This document shows positions 9,444 to 24,400 of a DNA stretch of 64,000 nucleotides, piece by piece. Every line of letters starts with the position of its first letter. Positions within the stretch are counted from its first letter, which is position 1. This stretch comes from Yuukianura sp. NJ FZ-2021 (lineage: Eukaryota), in assembly GCA_046563655.1 (NCBI GenBank), contig CM102287.1, positions 5,146,001-5,210,000 on the forward strand, given 5' to 3'. Made by a program: the position numbers and the translations under genes. A model generated the notes under the pieces. The model saw nothing but the letters and a program-made list of their open reading frames with translations, did not search any database and was not told where the DNA came from.

Positions 9444-12400
9444 TCATTTGTGTCGTGGAAGTGTGGTTGAGGGGCCCTTGGAAGTAGATTGTTGGGGAGC
9501 ACTTTGATCTGACTGCGTAGACGACAGGGACTGGGAGTCCATTTTCCTTGGAAGCGTGGCCGAAGTTGGAAAGGCTGGTTCATCTCGCGGTTTCCAAATG
9601 GGTGAACCTAATACAATCCAAAACATGTTAAGGCCAGAGGTCAGAGGTAAAAATTTAGTAATTTCGAAAGATCACGAGGCCAAATAAAGGTTCCTTGACA
9701 ATCATTCAGCACTCTTTAACAGGTTGCGTAATATCTCAGCTGTTTACCAAAAAAATGTAAATACAGTGGATTCTCTAAATAAGGGACAGGAGCTCCTCCT
9801 CTTTCTCACTTTCACTCGAAGTCGCGGTACCGTAAAGTTTTAATTTTGGAGGGGACGTATGTTTCAGTTTATCGGCTTATTTTTACGATTGTTTTTTTTT
9901 TTGGTTAATTTTTTTTTGGTGCGAAACAAAAGTAATTAGCTAATTAAATGGAATTAACTAATATTAATATATATATATATATTATATCTGCGCACAAACT
10001 GCGCAACAGCGCACAAACTGCGCAACATCGCACAAACTGCGCAACAGCGCACAAACTGCGCAACAGCGCACAAACTGCGCAACAGCGCACAAACTGCGCA
10101 ACAGCGCACAAACTGCGCAACAGCGCACAAACTGCGCAACTGCGCACTGTATATAATATATTATATTATATAACCTGTTTAATAAGGGTGACATTCACAA
10201 CGTAATTTGCATATAATATACCATATAATATTGATTCGTATATAGATATCACATATAATTAGCATTAATATATGAATATTATGTATATTAATATTATTGT
10301 ATTATTGTATATTAATATTAATTATATACTCTGAACTTCGAAACAGGAAATTTTCATTAGAATGGTGTTCCTAGCCTTAAATTCCATATAACTGACCGTT
10401 TACCAGAAATCTTACGGTACTGGGGGAGGCGCCTACTACCAATCCTCCAATCGTGATTTTTTCCCTTATTTAGAGAATCCACTGTAACAAACAACGGAGT
10501 ACCAAAAGTGCCAATTCCAAAAATTAGATTTTCTGGTACCAATTTGTATAAAAAATTTTAAAAATCCGTTGAAAATATTATGGTTACGGGAACCTGGAAT
10601 GCAGATTAACTTTTTTGTGAAATCTAAAAAAAACACTAGTCATTACGCAACCTGTGAAAAAAAAACTTGACAACAAACCTTGTCAACAAACCTTGAGTTC
10701 AACTTACTGGGTTCCGGCGGAGGGGGGACTGAAGGGAACTGATGCGAGGACTGAATGAGCTTAGCGACCGAACCGGTCGATCCGGCAGAAATTGTTGATG
10801 TCGTGGACAACGTCAAGTGATTCGGTGTTTGACCTAGCATGCCTTTCATTCTGGGCATTGTCGTTGAACCACTTCGAACAGTCGGTACCAACATTTTACA
10901 ACTCGCACCGGCATCTTGATCTCGATTCGGATCGGTCGATCCACCTTCCGAGTCCTCCCGAGCCAACTTCCTACCTTGCTGAAATCCACCGGACGAATCC
11001 GAACTTTCTTGAGAACGAAGTCGTGCCGAACCGGTTTCCAAGTTTCCAGCGGAGTGCCGTTGTGGTGGTTTTGGTGGTTTCTTTCGTCCTAAAAACCAAA
11101 ACACAACGAAATCCCAGTGAATACAACCCAAAGTAATTGCTAGTTTCAGCGTTCCGGATGCTCTCAGCACTCAAAAGAAGTTTTCGCTTGAAGAATTTCA
11201 ACTTTTCTGAAAACTTTTCTCCAATTGTCTAAAAGAAACCACTTGAAACAGAAGAAGAAGACTTAAGCTGGCGTTTTCTTTTCAAAAAGTCCGCGCCATT
11301 TTCTTCTCCTTTCTAAAAGAAAACTTCTGTTTTCATCTTAAACTTTTTAAATGGTTCCTCATCTTCACTTGAATTCGGAAAAGGATAAAAGCGAAAATGA
11401 AATGTCTGTTATTTACTTAGGATCCGTGCTCATTCAGAGCCCAACTTTTCCTGGATTTCGAGATCTTTTCAATTCACACTCAGACTAAACTTTTTTCAGT
11501 CCCTCCAGAGTTCCTTGACACCAAATTTTTCGAATTGGTCTCTTAAATTTCATGCTGGTAGATTCCAACAAAGTCATTGATTGCATTTGAAAAACTTTTT
11601 TGCTGCTGTCTTTCGACAATCAGAAAGAGAGCAAAAGTTTGAGCCATACAGTAGACTCGTCACTTTTGTGCTCTACTTTTTCTAAAAAAAAAAGTTGCTA
11701 CAAACGAGAAAGAGAAAGATGAACAGAATCGAAAAAAAAAGTTTTTAGGTTCCCGTTAACTTTTCTTTCATTAAAAGTTGGCAATTTAGCAACTTTTATA
11801 GCGCGTTGCAAAAATGTTAAGCGCCAATTCACTCCCTTTTATGCGCTTTATCTATTGCAACTTTGAAAGTCCTTGAAACATTAGAAGTTTTTCTGAGCAG
11901 AAAAAATTTCAAGCAATTCGTTCCATGTTGCTTGTTCGAATACAGGTTTTCAGTTTTTCAGAAAAATTTCACCTAAACTTTGGAAGTCTAAAATCTGAAA
12001 TTTTGAAATTTCGAAATTGGAAAATTGCTAGATTAGGTTATGTTGATTGTAAGAAAAGCGGTTTTACATTAAAATGTACAGTACCTAGAGTGTGAGCTTG
12101 TCGGTGAGGTGGAATGCACGGTCGTTCGGAGGGTTCACAACCTTCGGGCACTGCGTAGTGTGACGACGACTCTCCGCCGCTGTCAGTAGTTTTGTACGGT
12201 AAGCTCATATTTCGAACTGAATCTCGAATAATGTGTCGAATATTTTTCAAAAAGGGATTTCGAAGTTCTGCTGTAGAATTGGAAAGGAGATAAACTTTTT
12301 CTGATCTTCTTTGGGCTTGGTTACGAAGATGAATCAGTTCCCAGGCAAAGTTGGGTCCACTGGATTCGGGTTCTGGGTCACGCGGGTCACCGACTTGACG

Positions 12401-15400
12401 AACTTGCACTTCGGACACGGGGATCAAAACTTGGTAGCGGATGATTTCCACTTCGGACTTGTCAGCCATCTTGGAAGTGCCACTCTGCAACGACAATTTA
12501 CAAATGTAAACTGATTAACTTAATACAACCATCCATGAATCGATTTGAGTCAAGGTGAATGCTGCTCGGTCGACATTGATCTACAACGTTCAAGTTTTTT
12601 TGAAATACTATTTCGATTCTTTATATAAAATGTACTAGGTAGAATTGGTTAGATTATCGTTGTTGGGGTAGTTATGTTCATAGTTGTTTCTAAAAAACGA
12701 AACCAGAAGGTAGCATTTAAATTTAAATTCGTTTGTTTTAGCCTCAAACTTTTCTATTTTGTTCCTTCTTCTGTTGAATTGTTGTTGGAGAAAGTTAAGT
12801 CAAAAGAACAAGACGAAATGGAGAGAAAGAGCAAAGAACTAATCGTTAATCTCGTCGTTTCTTTACTCAAAACGAGTAAAGTATCCAAGACTTTTGGAAT
12901 TTAGAACAAAGACAGAAGAGAAACGGGGGTTAAACTTTTTTTCTTTCTTCAGCAGAATGAATTTCCTTGTTCTTGAAAAGTGAATTCTAGCAAGAAAAAG
13001 CGCTTTCAAACCCCAGCGGAGCCGGAGCACCCACTTTCCAGTGCCAACTGGCTGGAAAAGTGGAGAAAACAACTTTTGGACGAGAGAGGAAAGAGAAGGC
13101 GATGTAAATAAAAGAAAAGGCTTCGCCCCTGCATAACTTACCATTAATTTCTTCTTGTGTCGCAGACGCTCTTTGCACAAAAACACCACTGCTGTCTTGA
13201 ACACAAAGCACGTCGCATGGAGCTCTAACCCCTTCTTGATCTTGCCTAAAAAGTCGGCAATGTTGAGCCACTCGACGCCTCCGTAATGGAAGAGGTCACC
13301 CGGACTCAGGTCAACTTCCACTTTGGAAGTTTTTTGATGCTGGCGGTAGAGATGCTCGAAGATGGCTCCGTACTCTTCATGTATTCGCTGCATTTCGTTG
13401 ATATGACCAGCCACACCTTGCATTGACTGTCGAGCATCTACAAACGCAAAACAAACAAAAAATAACACTAAAATTTGCATTTACTTAAAAATTCATAGAC
13501 TTTAAACATTTGATAAACGTAGCCCTACACTTTTACAAAGGTGAAACTTTGGTAGAATTTGGAGTTTGTAATGTAAATGGAAAGTTTTGAACCAGAAAAA
13601 TTCAAAATTTGTTTGTAGAGCGAGAGAAAGCAAACTTTCACTTTTGAAAACGAAAACGTAATAATAAGTTTTTGCATTAGTTTCCTGAGGCACTACCGTT
13701 TCTAAACTAGAAATAGAATCTCGCCCTCCCACTTGACAATGCAAATAACTTGTGTCAATATCCCTCTCTTCCAGCCAAATTATTACATCCGACATTCGAC
13801 ATTTACTACACGCTACCGTTATCCTTTTCAATGTAAAAAAGAGAACACGTATTCCATGTAACTCTGGGTAGATATTACATAAATAGATGTTATACAACCA
13901 TCTCTCTATTGAAACAGGTAACAAATGCAAATATTTGCTTGCTCTCAGCTACAATTTTGCTATTCAAAAGCAAAAATGAAAGTAGGAGAAAGCATGCGCC
14001 ATTTTCATTGCTTTTTTTTTGTAGTGAAACAAAAAACGTAACCCTGCGCAAGTTGTTTTTACCATATTTCTGAAAATAGATTTGGAAAGTAAAAAAAATG
14101 TCTTTAGTGAGATTGGAATACACAACTTTTTAACTGTTTTTAATGAAGTTGGAATTTTGTTTTTGATCAAATGGCAGTTGGAACTTACCGAGAAGCGTTT
14201 GGTACTCGGGAGTGTTGGTGTCAACGAGGCTGAGAAGATGTTGTAGCAGCAGAGGGTAGGTCAGTATCCGTTGAATTGGTTTGATCAAATAGGATTCAAG
14301 TGTGTTTGAATGCTGCATGCGTGGATTTCTAGCTGCCAAAAACTGTTGTAGAGCCTGATTTCCTTCTAGCGGATGGAGCAACTTTTGAGCCTTGGAATGT
14401 GAAGCACAAAAGGAAGAGTAGAGCTTGAAATGGTCAGCAAAACTGAGGAACGCCGCAGCAATATTTGCTAGACACGCCTGGGATTTAAAAAAATACATTT
14501 TTTAAAACATTTTTTGAAAGGAAGGCTCAAAAGATGAATTAGCCTTTTGGTATTTAAGTGACCAAGACAAATGAGCAAAAATTTTCTCAATTTTTCATTC
14601 TGAAAGTTCTGCTGCTGTAGGGCAGAGAAGGAGAAAGTTGATCGGCAGAGCGATAGTCGAAAGTGAAACTTTTGAAAAACGAAAGTGGAGTTTTTCAAAA
14701 AGGCGGGGGAGTGAAGTGGAATTTGTTGGATTTTGGTTTCCCATTTCGGGTTTGATCCCTGCTTAAGTCTTACTTTGAACTCGGATGGATGTGTTATTGA
14801 TTCGAGTGAGGAGGGCGTGTCAGTAGTTCCTACTGATGCTTCCAAACTTCGCAGAAATTTCCGTTGAACTGTCACCATTTCTTGGATGTTTCCAAATACT
14901 GCTTCCATTTCTTCAGCTGACAGAAAGTTTTCTTGTCGAAGTGGTTCCAAGTACTGTTCCAAAAGACATGTCAAGTGCTGAAAAACATTGAAAAAAAACT
15001 TTTGAAATTTAGAAACAAAAACAAATGAATTTTTTACAGAAATTTTTGTTCTCAACTTGAATTTCGCAATTTGAACAAAAAAGTGCCAAAAATTATGCAA
15101 ACGAACGTTCATTTTCAAAAAAGCAAAAGTTTTAAGACCCGAAATTTCGGCTATTTGCAAAACACATTGTGGACAACAAGCTCAACCGAGTTTAGCAGAA
15201 TGCAAGCAAGTTTTAAGACAAAGTAGATCCAGTATTTGGGAAGTATTTTGTCCACAGTAGCGGTATTTCATAAAATTTTGAAACTAATTTTTGGTTTTTA
15301 CCTTAACATAGGCTCTCTCCGTTTCCACCAGTTCCAGAATGACTTTCTTCAGTTTCTCTACATCTCTAGAGCCAGTTGGCGTGGATGTTCCGTAGGGATG

Positions 15401-18400
15401 AGTTGGCGAGTTGCCACCACTAATGACCGGAGAGCACTCCAGCCCTTGGCTCTGCTGTCGTGTCAACCGCGTCTGCCTCTCCCGCGTTCGACAGATCCCA
15501 GTCACTTGCTCCGCCGACTATAACAACATTCCGAAGCCATTAGACTTACAACCTTAGTTCATATTTCTAAAAGTTTGGCCTAGAACCAGGGTCAACATAA
15601 CCTATGACTTAAGGGTATAGGTTAGACTTGCACAAAGGAAGGCGGGGAAGGGCATGTCTGCAGAACAAATGTGTTTACACATTAAACTCTCGTTAATCCC
15701 TTGATTTAAGGCCTCGGCCACTTTCTCCTAATAAATCAAAGTCGAAAGTTTTCTCCTGAGAGTTTTACAGAAGCTTTGGAGATGAGCAAAGTAGACAATT
15801 AATACAAAGCGCTTTTCCAAATTTTAGGAAAAATTTTGAAAAGTGAAGTCTACAAGGTCTAAGTCAACAGAATAGGGACTTACCATTAGAAGCGTTTCAA
15901 TTTCAGTGGAGTCTCCCTTAACGCTGCGCAGGCCAAGAGATGACGAAGGGCGACCAATGTCTTCTGGATCAGAGGGACTCAAATCTCGATCTAAAATAAA
16001 ACATAATTAGAAAATTGCAACAAATAAATACAAATCAGTGAATTTTTAAATTATGGGGTGTATAGGGGTGTGCATTGGTCACCGCTTTCTAGAAATCCGA
16101 ATTTCGGATTTTGGCGGATTTTGATTAAAAATCCCATATTTAAATCCGGATTAAAAAATCTGGATTTAAATCCAGATTTCAGAATACATAGGATTTCCCA
16201 GATTTTTTTTTGTTGCGAACAACATTACGAATTGGTTTTAAACTTCAAGTATTTAAAAAAAAGTTGATAACGGACATCATGAAAGCTCATTCTTGATTCA
16301 CTTGACTTAAAAAACTTTTTTTATTTAAACAAAATTTTTCAGTTTTCTGTGTCAATTTTCCAATTGTCCATACCCGGAAGTGGAACGAAAAATCCGTCAA
16401 ATCCGGATTCCATTTTTTTGAAATCCGGATTTGGGAGAATCGGAATCCGTCTAAAATTCGGATTTCTATCCGGAGCAAAAATCCGGATGTACACCCCAAG
16501 CTCTGTATAACATTATGCAAGTATTTGAAATGTTAGGTTAGGTTTGTAACTCACTTCCAAGAGGTGCTGGAACAATGAGATGTGACAAAACATCGTCCGT
16601 GAGGACAATGGGGTCGGCCGGAGGCGGTGGGCAGACGAGCTGAGCAATGGCAGCGTCAGCCGCTGCAAGAGCAGCAGCCAGTGACGGTGGTTCCGTTCGA
16701 GCTGAACGCAGCATGAGGCAAAGTGACAGTTCTTCTTGCAGAACAGACTCAATGTACATCATGTCCAAGTCAGACACGATGGACCCATTGATCACCAGAA
16801 TCTCATCTCCTTTGATGATTCCTAAAAAGACAAACTGTTCATCAACTTTTCAAAAAGATCAAAAACAAAAAGAACCAAAATTGGAAGTTTTAGTAACAAA
16901 AGCAAGGGACGCTTCATCATTCGGTCATCATCATCATCATCATCATCATCGTCTCGATTCTTTACAGAATCAGTTTCATCAATTTCTCCGACTGAGCGTT
17001 TCTTTTCAAAAGTTATAAAAGAAAAATCCTCATCATTTTTCCTCTCTGACCTGCTCCGGGTTCATTTTTTTAGAATTCGTATAAGAAACGGAAGAATTTT
17101 TTATAGATTTTTTTCGTGCTTTACAACTAGAGTTTTTGTATCACTTGGAAAAGATTCGTCTTCCTAGTGAATTTGATGGGAAAATGGAATGGAGAATCTA
17201 GCGCGCAATTTTTCAAAGAACCCTGAGCCATTTTTCTGTTTTCCCCCCAGAGAATTTTCCCTTTGAGCAGAACCTAACGTGATTAATTACAACGAACGCG
17301 CAGTTCCGACCGCAACTTCCCGAACAATCATTGGATAACGTTGTGTCATCATCCGAAAACCAAAAGAACTAACTTAATCTAACATAAAATAGCCTAACGT
17401 AACAGAAAACTCCGCTCCAGACTTATTTCCGGAGAAATTCTAAGATGCTAAAGTCATTCTAGCGTCTTGATTATCTAACAAACCTCGAGGCTTTTGCTCA
17501 CCTCAGCTAACATAACCTAACCTAAAACTAGACTATCCCGAAAATCCAAAAGAAAGTAAAAGAAAGTCTAACTTTTAAGACAAATAGGATTGAGGGGAAT
17601 TGGAGCCGCTCTAGGTTGGCTTCAAGACTTTTCCATTTCTATTCGTAGCACTTTCTCTTCAGGTTCTGATTGCTCCTGCGCCTCAACAAAGTTGGGCATT
17701 TCCCGTGGCCTTTCCAAAGGGCTTAAGGTTACGTTTTAGGTTTAAGTTAGGCTAGTTTTTTTTTTAGAAAAGCACTTGGATCACTGCGCTTACCATTATT
17801 CATGGCCACACTCCGCTCTTCTACTCGGCTCACATAGCAGCACAATTCATCTTGTCGGTCGGCATTCTCCACCAGCTCAGCCTCGACACTAAAATTGGAA
17901 ACGCTTAGTATATTATGCTCAAAGGGAAAATCATGAAACAAGGCAAGAATATATTAAAGTAATTAAATTAAAACTATAAAAACTAAAGTACAAAGTTTTG
18001 CACTTGAACAGTACCTAAAACCCCACATTTGGTCCAGCGAAGCACGAGCCAGCTCCACTTGATACAAGAGCTTGCTCCGAACTTCCACTACTTCATGTGT
18101 GGAGAGCTGCAAACAAAGAACAAGACAAAGCGTTCAATAAACCCTGGATTACAGCGTTCCCGGACACTACTGGACGGACACAACTGAACCAAACTTTTAT
18201 CGCTTATTGTCCATGAACGTTTCGGTCCATGTGTGTCCGTCCAGGAGTGTCTGGATAAGAGATTCCAGCGCTCCAGAACAAAAAAGAATCCGAGCACTGG
18301 AAGAAGACAGAGCGGAAGCTCAGAAAGTGAAAACAAAGAGCGCTCTCATTCTTCATGTCAATGAAAGAGGCAGAGCAAGTGAAAGTACAAATCGTAGAGG

Positions 18401-21400
18401 AAATGCCGCTTGACGGAGGAACTTACAACGCAAAAAGAAAGCGACATTCGGAGGTTTAAAGTTGGACTTCAAAGGGAGTAGGCGGAAAGGAATTCAGGTT
18501 CTATCCAATGTATCTATTTGCAATTTAGAGAAAATTGGGATATTCGTCTGCGTCAAGGTTCAATTGGATGGAATCCAGCAGAGAACAGCGCTTCAAGCAA
18601 GAAAAGTCAAAGTTCAAATGTCAATCTGTCACAAATCTGCTACGTCCAAAAGGGAATGAAATTGTTTTAAAGGAAAGACAAGTAACCTGAATTTGGAATT
18701 CGGTTTGTGGTTGTTTGAACTTTGAAATGAAAAAACACGATTCAATTTAAAACTGAAATTACGAAATTTTAAAAATCCGATTTTGTAAAAACGATTCATG
18801 AAAACAACGTGGAAACTACAGAACTATTGAGATTACGATGCTCAGAAGCTCCAAATTTTGGGAAAATTTTCACCGACTCTAACTTTTCATTGCTTTATCA
18901 TGATTTTTTGTTGCAAAAATGAAGTTGCATCGCAAACATTGAAACTCCGTTAGTAAATCCTACAGTCAAAAGGTTTAAGCTGTGTTGGATAGGCAGGAAG
19001 CATGAGTTGATCAAAACGGTTATTAGTTTTTGAAATGATGACGCATTTTTTTGAAAATTGAGACATGAATTTTGAGAGAGTGTCTGTGTTGGACATTGAT
19101 GGAGACCTGCATGAGGTCTCATTTTCTCAAAAACTTTGAACTTACAAAAGTGTCAATCATGTCACTTCGATGCGGAACAAAGTAATTTGTGTCCGGAAGC
19201 TCTCGTCGTTTTTTGACTCGAACAAAGTGTTCCATGGGAGCCAAGTTTTTGCGAGCACAGGCGGAGACCAGGAATTCTTCAACTGACATCCCATCTCTCA
19301 GTGGAACCGTAACCACCTAGAGAAAACGTAACCATCAGAATAGAGAAGGTAACCATCATAGAATATGAAAACATAATGAGATTGAATTCCGCTTTTATGA
19401 TTATGGTTATGTCGGCCCAAAGGCCCAAAGGAGAAAGCTCAGGGCAAAGGAGAAAGCGAATTCAGCGATTCAAAATTTTGAAACCTCTCGGAGTGTCTCA
19501 CTTGATTTTCTGGAAGTGAAATTTTGATAGTTCTTTCCCCCTCTCTCTCTGTTGAAGTCGACGCATGAAGAGATCGGCGTGACGAGGCTGAATTTGAGCG
19601 TGAAAGTAGTGGAGCTCGACGCTTCGTAGCTCCACGACCAGCTAACAGGTTGCTTAGCAACGACGGACTCCTTGCACACACAAAGGCATGGAATGATGAC
19701 ACGGTGAAAACGCCCAGACGATTCAGCGTATTCTTCGTTGTGCGAGACACATGGGACAGCAGACTCTGTTCAGAACAAAAAAAAAAGTCATTTTCATAGC
19801 ATTAGTCTTCAAATTTTGATTGTCATGCCCCCAAATTGTTCCAATTTTAGAAATTTTGACAATTTCAGAAAAATACAATTTCAAGCCAAATTTCAACATG
19901 TTTGTAGCTTAATAAGTGATTTCTGCGTCAGCTGGTGCGTGAGAAAAGTCTATTATTGGTTGTGAAACGACACAAAACAATTGCTAGTGATAAGAGAAAA
20001 CGGCTGTAGTGTTCTGTTTGAACAAGTTTCGTTTTTTTTAACAAAACGTGCGAATGTGAATATTCTCAAGAGGCTTTAGAAAAACTACGATTGCTCCTGT
20101 GGATCCATTACAAACTTCCTTCCGCCTCTTCCATTTCCTTCTACTAGAAATGCTTCGTGGCAGTTTTAGACAAGAAAAAAGACCGGACAACAGCCGATTT
20201 TTATCTTTCGTTTTTTAGTGAAAGTTTAGAGCTGGTGAAAGGACACGGAAGCGGTGCTAGAAAATGCACCCCAGAAGTACTAAAGTACGGAGCACTTGAA
20301 GTGTCCCAAGGGCCCTTCCAAGGACTCTTTACGGGAGGATGACATTGCATGGCTATTCAAAAAGTCCAAGAACAAAAACTCCACCGCCGCAAAAAGCAAT
20401 TCGAAAACTGAAATTGCAGGAAGAGACCAAACCAATTTGGTTGATTAAAACAATTTTCTACGGTTCTTTCATTTTATGAAAATGACACAAAAATCTTTAT
20501 TTTTGGTTTAACCACACACTTCAAAAAATCAATTTTAAAATTTTTGAACAAATCGTTCCGTCGAAATCCCAAAAACGCGAATGGTGACACTGGTATTATT
20601 GAGCTTTGATGCTTTTATGTCATATTTGACATCCAATTGGATACAGTTTTTTGCGCATGGGTTGAAATTTGTGCAAAAAAACTGCAAAATATTTTGCAAT
20701 GTTTCAAGTATTTTTTCTTTTCGTTTTTCCCTTGGTTGAATAAAATTTTTCCTCAAGAAAACTGAGTTTACAACAAAAATATGTACGGAGAGTTGAATTT
20801 TGCGAGGGGTGTATTTTCATGATTATTATAATTTTGAAAAATTTCAGTTTTTCAAAATAATAAAACAGTAAACAGTAAAAAATAAAATGAAAGGAGTTTT
20901 TCCAGTTCCTTCCACATCTGCCGCTGCTCTGCAAAATGTAATGAGCATTTCGTCCTTATTGCATTTGTCCATCTCTCTGGAGCATAACAATGATATTCCA
21001 AATGAGGACAGAAAAAAGAGCCTTATAAATGGAAATTTACTAAACACAACACACTCCAACAGAAAAAACAACTCATTCAGCATAAGGTTCCCCCAAAAAA
21101 TAAAGTGAATTTCATGACGAAGTGAATTTCATAAAATAAAAAAGGCCAAAAGCATCTTCCAAAAAACATAAATTTTCCTGTTGTTTTCTTTTCCTATATG
21201 AAAAAACCTAACCTAGTAAAAAAAAGTTGGCAGGCGCTGCATATCCTTGGAAGGTCGGAGCATGGTGAAACTTGAGTGAAAAGAAAAAAAAACGAGGAGC
21301 TTTGGGAGTCTGATTGGATATTGATGCTGACCTGGAGTCGGGAGTCGAGTATACTACGACTAGACAGGAAAATCTCATTTCAGAAAATTTCAAAAAACGA

Positions 21401-24400
21401 AAAAAGGAAGTGAAAGTCTAGCAAGAACGGGAGAGAAAGTCTGAAGTAAACAAGTAGTTGTTCGGATGTTCTCATAGTAAAGTTAGGTGCACTAGGAGAA
21501 GAAAACGGGAAAAAGAAAAGGTATGAAATCCCTATTGTCTGGGGCTCTCTTTTTCTATTTTTTAGAAAATGTGCTCTATTTCTATGAATACTGATTTCGT
21601 TCCATTGTTCGACTTCAGGAGTTACGACTTACGAGAGCGAGCCCAAGCTTTTTCTTTTCTTTTCAAAAAAGGAAGAAACATGGAGAAACTTGGACGGAAG
21701 AAAGGAAAAAGAAAGTTCTAAATCCTCGCGACTTTCAGGAAAATCAACGGAGCTTATAATATTTTGGTTGGAAAGAAAGCGGAGAAAGTTCCCATTCTTT
21801 TTTTATTAGACTAAATTTCCAAAATAGTTTTTGGTCCAGTAAGTTTGCAGTAGTGTCCGTATCTCGCAATTTTGAGGAAAAAAGTTTGAAAAGAAGAGAA
21901 AGTGAAAAGAGAAAGTTGATTACCTTTGGGTTGGGTAGTTCACCGCCTTGGAGTGAAGCCATGTAACAACGAAGTCGAAACTGTTCACAGTGTAGTCGCT
22001 CAATGTTTTCTTCCCAGTTGTTAATTTGTTGAGCCAATTGCTGTCTTGTTTCTGGGTCAGCGACGACGGATCGCTGTAGTTCTGCCATGTGACGCAACTT
22101 TCCATCCTGGAAAACAAAAAAAAATCAAATTCAGCCCAGAAATTTCAACTTTTTTAAAAACAGAAGTAAAAGTTTAAGAAATTCTTGGATTTTTTCGTGT
22201 TTCAAATTAGGATCAACTATGATCAAAATTCTCATTTTTGAAGTTGTCCATTAATCAATCCTGAGCTCAAATTTTAAAATTTCAAATCATTCTCCTGTTC
22301 CTTACGCTGTCGTATTATGAGGTGAAAATCATTAATCATCCATCTCCAGTCCGACTATACTAACTCACTGCTACCCTGGAAAATTCAAAAACTGAACCGG
22401 CCATGCCAAATCTAGTACGCAGCGTCAGAATATCTTCGGATATGACTGACACCTCAGCTACTTTCAGGAAATTGTCTTAGCTTTCCTGTTCATAATTCAT
22501 CCTGTTAAGCTAGAAAACAGCTTAGCCTAACTCACTTTTTTTTTATAAGCTTAAAACTTAACATTCGAAAAGAAAACTTTCGTTCCCTTGTCGGGCGGCG
22601 TTAGTTTAAACAGCGAAATCGAATCGGATCTCATCAGAAGTATAATCATGAAAAGTCTTTGGTTTCACTTTTTGAGACTTTCTCTTTTGTTCCGGTTTCG
22701 CTTAATTCTTTTCTAAGTTGGAAGCTGGTTTGTAAGACTCAATTAAGGAGCTTCTCCCACCCGCCTTTGATTCTCTCTGGAATTGAATTCGATTGAACGT
22801 GAGACATATAGTCTATTTGGATCTCAAAGTCTATCGAAATCCTACAATAACCATAGTATATCTAAACATGAGCGTAGGAAACGGGAAGTGAAGAGCTTTC
22901 CAGCGCCTCTGTATTGAGTCACAACATAACCTAAAGAGAAGATCCATTTCAAAGCAAATCAAAATCACGGCGGAGGAGAAAGCAGAGAAAGTGGAAACTG
23001 GAGCTGGAATGACGAAGAGAAGTCCTTGGACTGACTCGGAGCTCTTTTGTTGTATAACTTCTTCACAAATAGTTACTCCCTCCAGAGCTTCATTATTACA
23101 CAAGTACAGGCTGAAGGAGCGGAGGAAAGCTCCAGTTCCAATTTACTTGAGTCTGGAGACTTGTCAACAAAATTGTGTGGGAAAGCCTTTTTGTGATGAC
23201 GAACAGAAGCCAGCTGACGGCAAGGCACTTTTCTTTTCTCTTTAGCTTTTCTCCTATTCACAAAATGTTAGTTTTTGTTCTAAGTCTTCTCAAAGCCTTA
23301 GTGGAGAAACTTATTTTTCCTTTTGACTTTCCCCTGTGCGTTGTTTTAATACGGCTAACGTTGCAATTTTCATAGAGTCGCAGGTTGGTTCTGTTCAACC
23401 GAAACTAAAAAGAGAAAGTAAGCGACGAAATTGGATTTTTCTACTCCATAGGGCCACTTCAGTCTAGTTTTTTTTAATTTAGTTACGCCAAGGCTAAATT
23501 AAAATGAGAGTGAAAGTTCTCTATCCGTTATTAAAACTTTCTTTTTTGAATTATAATAAAAACTCAATGCAAATAATACAAAACAGGGGAAAACAACAGC
23601 CGCATGAAAAAAAGACGTTTAGCGACTAGTCAAATTTTAAGTGAAACCGGTGCAGTTTATTTCTACTCCTTCTCCTTACCTTAAGCCTAAAACTTTCCAA
23701 AGAAAATGGCAAAACTTTCGAAAACTGGATTAGTATTAGGGACACAAAAAATCACTTACGCATGAAATCGAATTTTCCGTTTTTTTTTAAAAATTTATAT
23801 GTGCTCAATCCAGTTTTTAGGACCAATTTCATTCACTACTAGCAGTCAACTTCGAGAACAAAAGCGAAAAACAAAATTCATTTCCGCTTTGAGTGGATCT
23901 CACGATGCTGTCCCGGCTCAAAATTGTTCATAACAATGCACAATTGCAGAAAAAACAACGCTGGAGAAAACACATTCCTAGGCAAAATGACTCTTTGCTA
24001 AGCAGGACGTGACATGACACATTTAAATATTTCACAACTGGTATGGGGTTAAGTACCTCAATTAACCATAAGCTGGCCCAGATACTTCATATTGTCAGAT
24101 GCACCTTAATGAAGGAGAATCATGCATAAAAATAGCAGTCAATTCTAACAATTACAAATAGCTGCTTGATTGAAGCTCAAAAATGTCTTCTACGACCTTT
24201 AAATTTCGTGTACTGTTCGTGGGTTTCTTGGTGGTCTTGTTGATACGCTGCATGTATGGCACTCGAATCAAAAACACCGATTCGAATTCGTCCGTAATTC
24301 TACACTGCACAGATCTCCACAAATTTTCACAAGATGACCCTGAACTTGTAGCGTGTCTGAAGTAAGATTTTTTGAAATTGCTTACTTTCAAAAAATTATT

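Noticed and set aside
9944..10205. CRISPR-like array or Cys/Ala-repeat proteins
   Set aside because: Head-to-tail 19-mer without spacers, no cas genes, eukaryotic context; the ORFs are repeat artefacts.
11415..11490. Possible extra sif exon with AG/GT boundaries
   Set aside because: Stop codons in all frames; it gives an immediate stop in the required phase.
13502..13930. 142-aa minus-strand ORF
   Set aside because: Intronic, non-ATG start, no recognisable motif.
16647..17018. Plus-strand poly-His ORF
   Set aside because: Antisense shadow of a sif exon plus a CAT microsatellite.
22831..23375. Cluster of short ORFs on both strands
   Set aside because: No consistent splice model or protein motif found.
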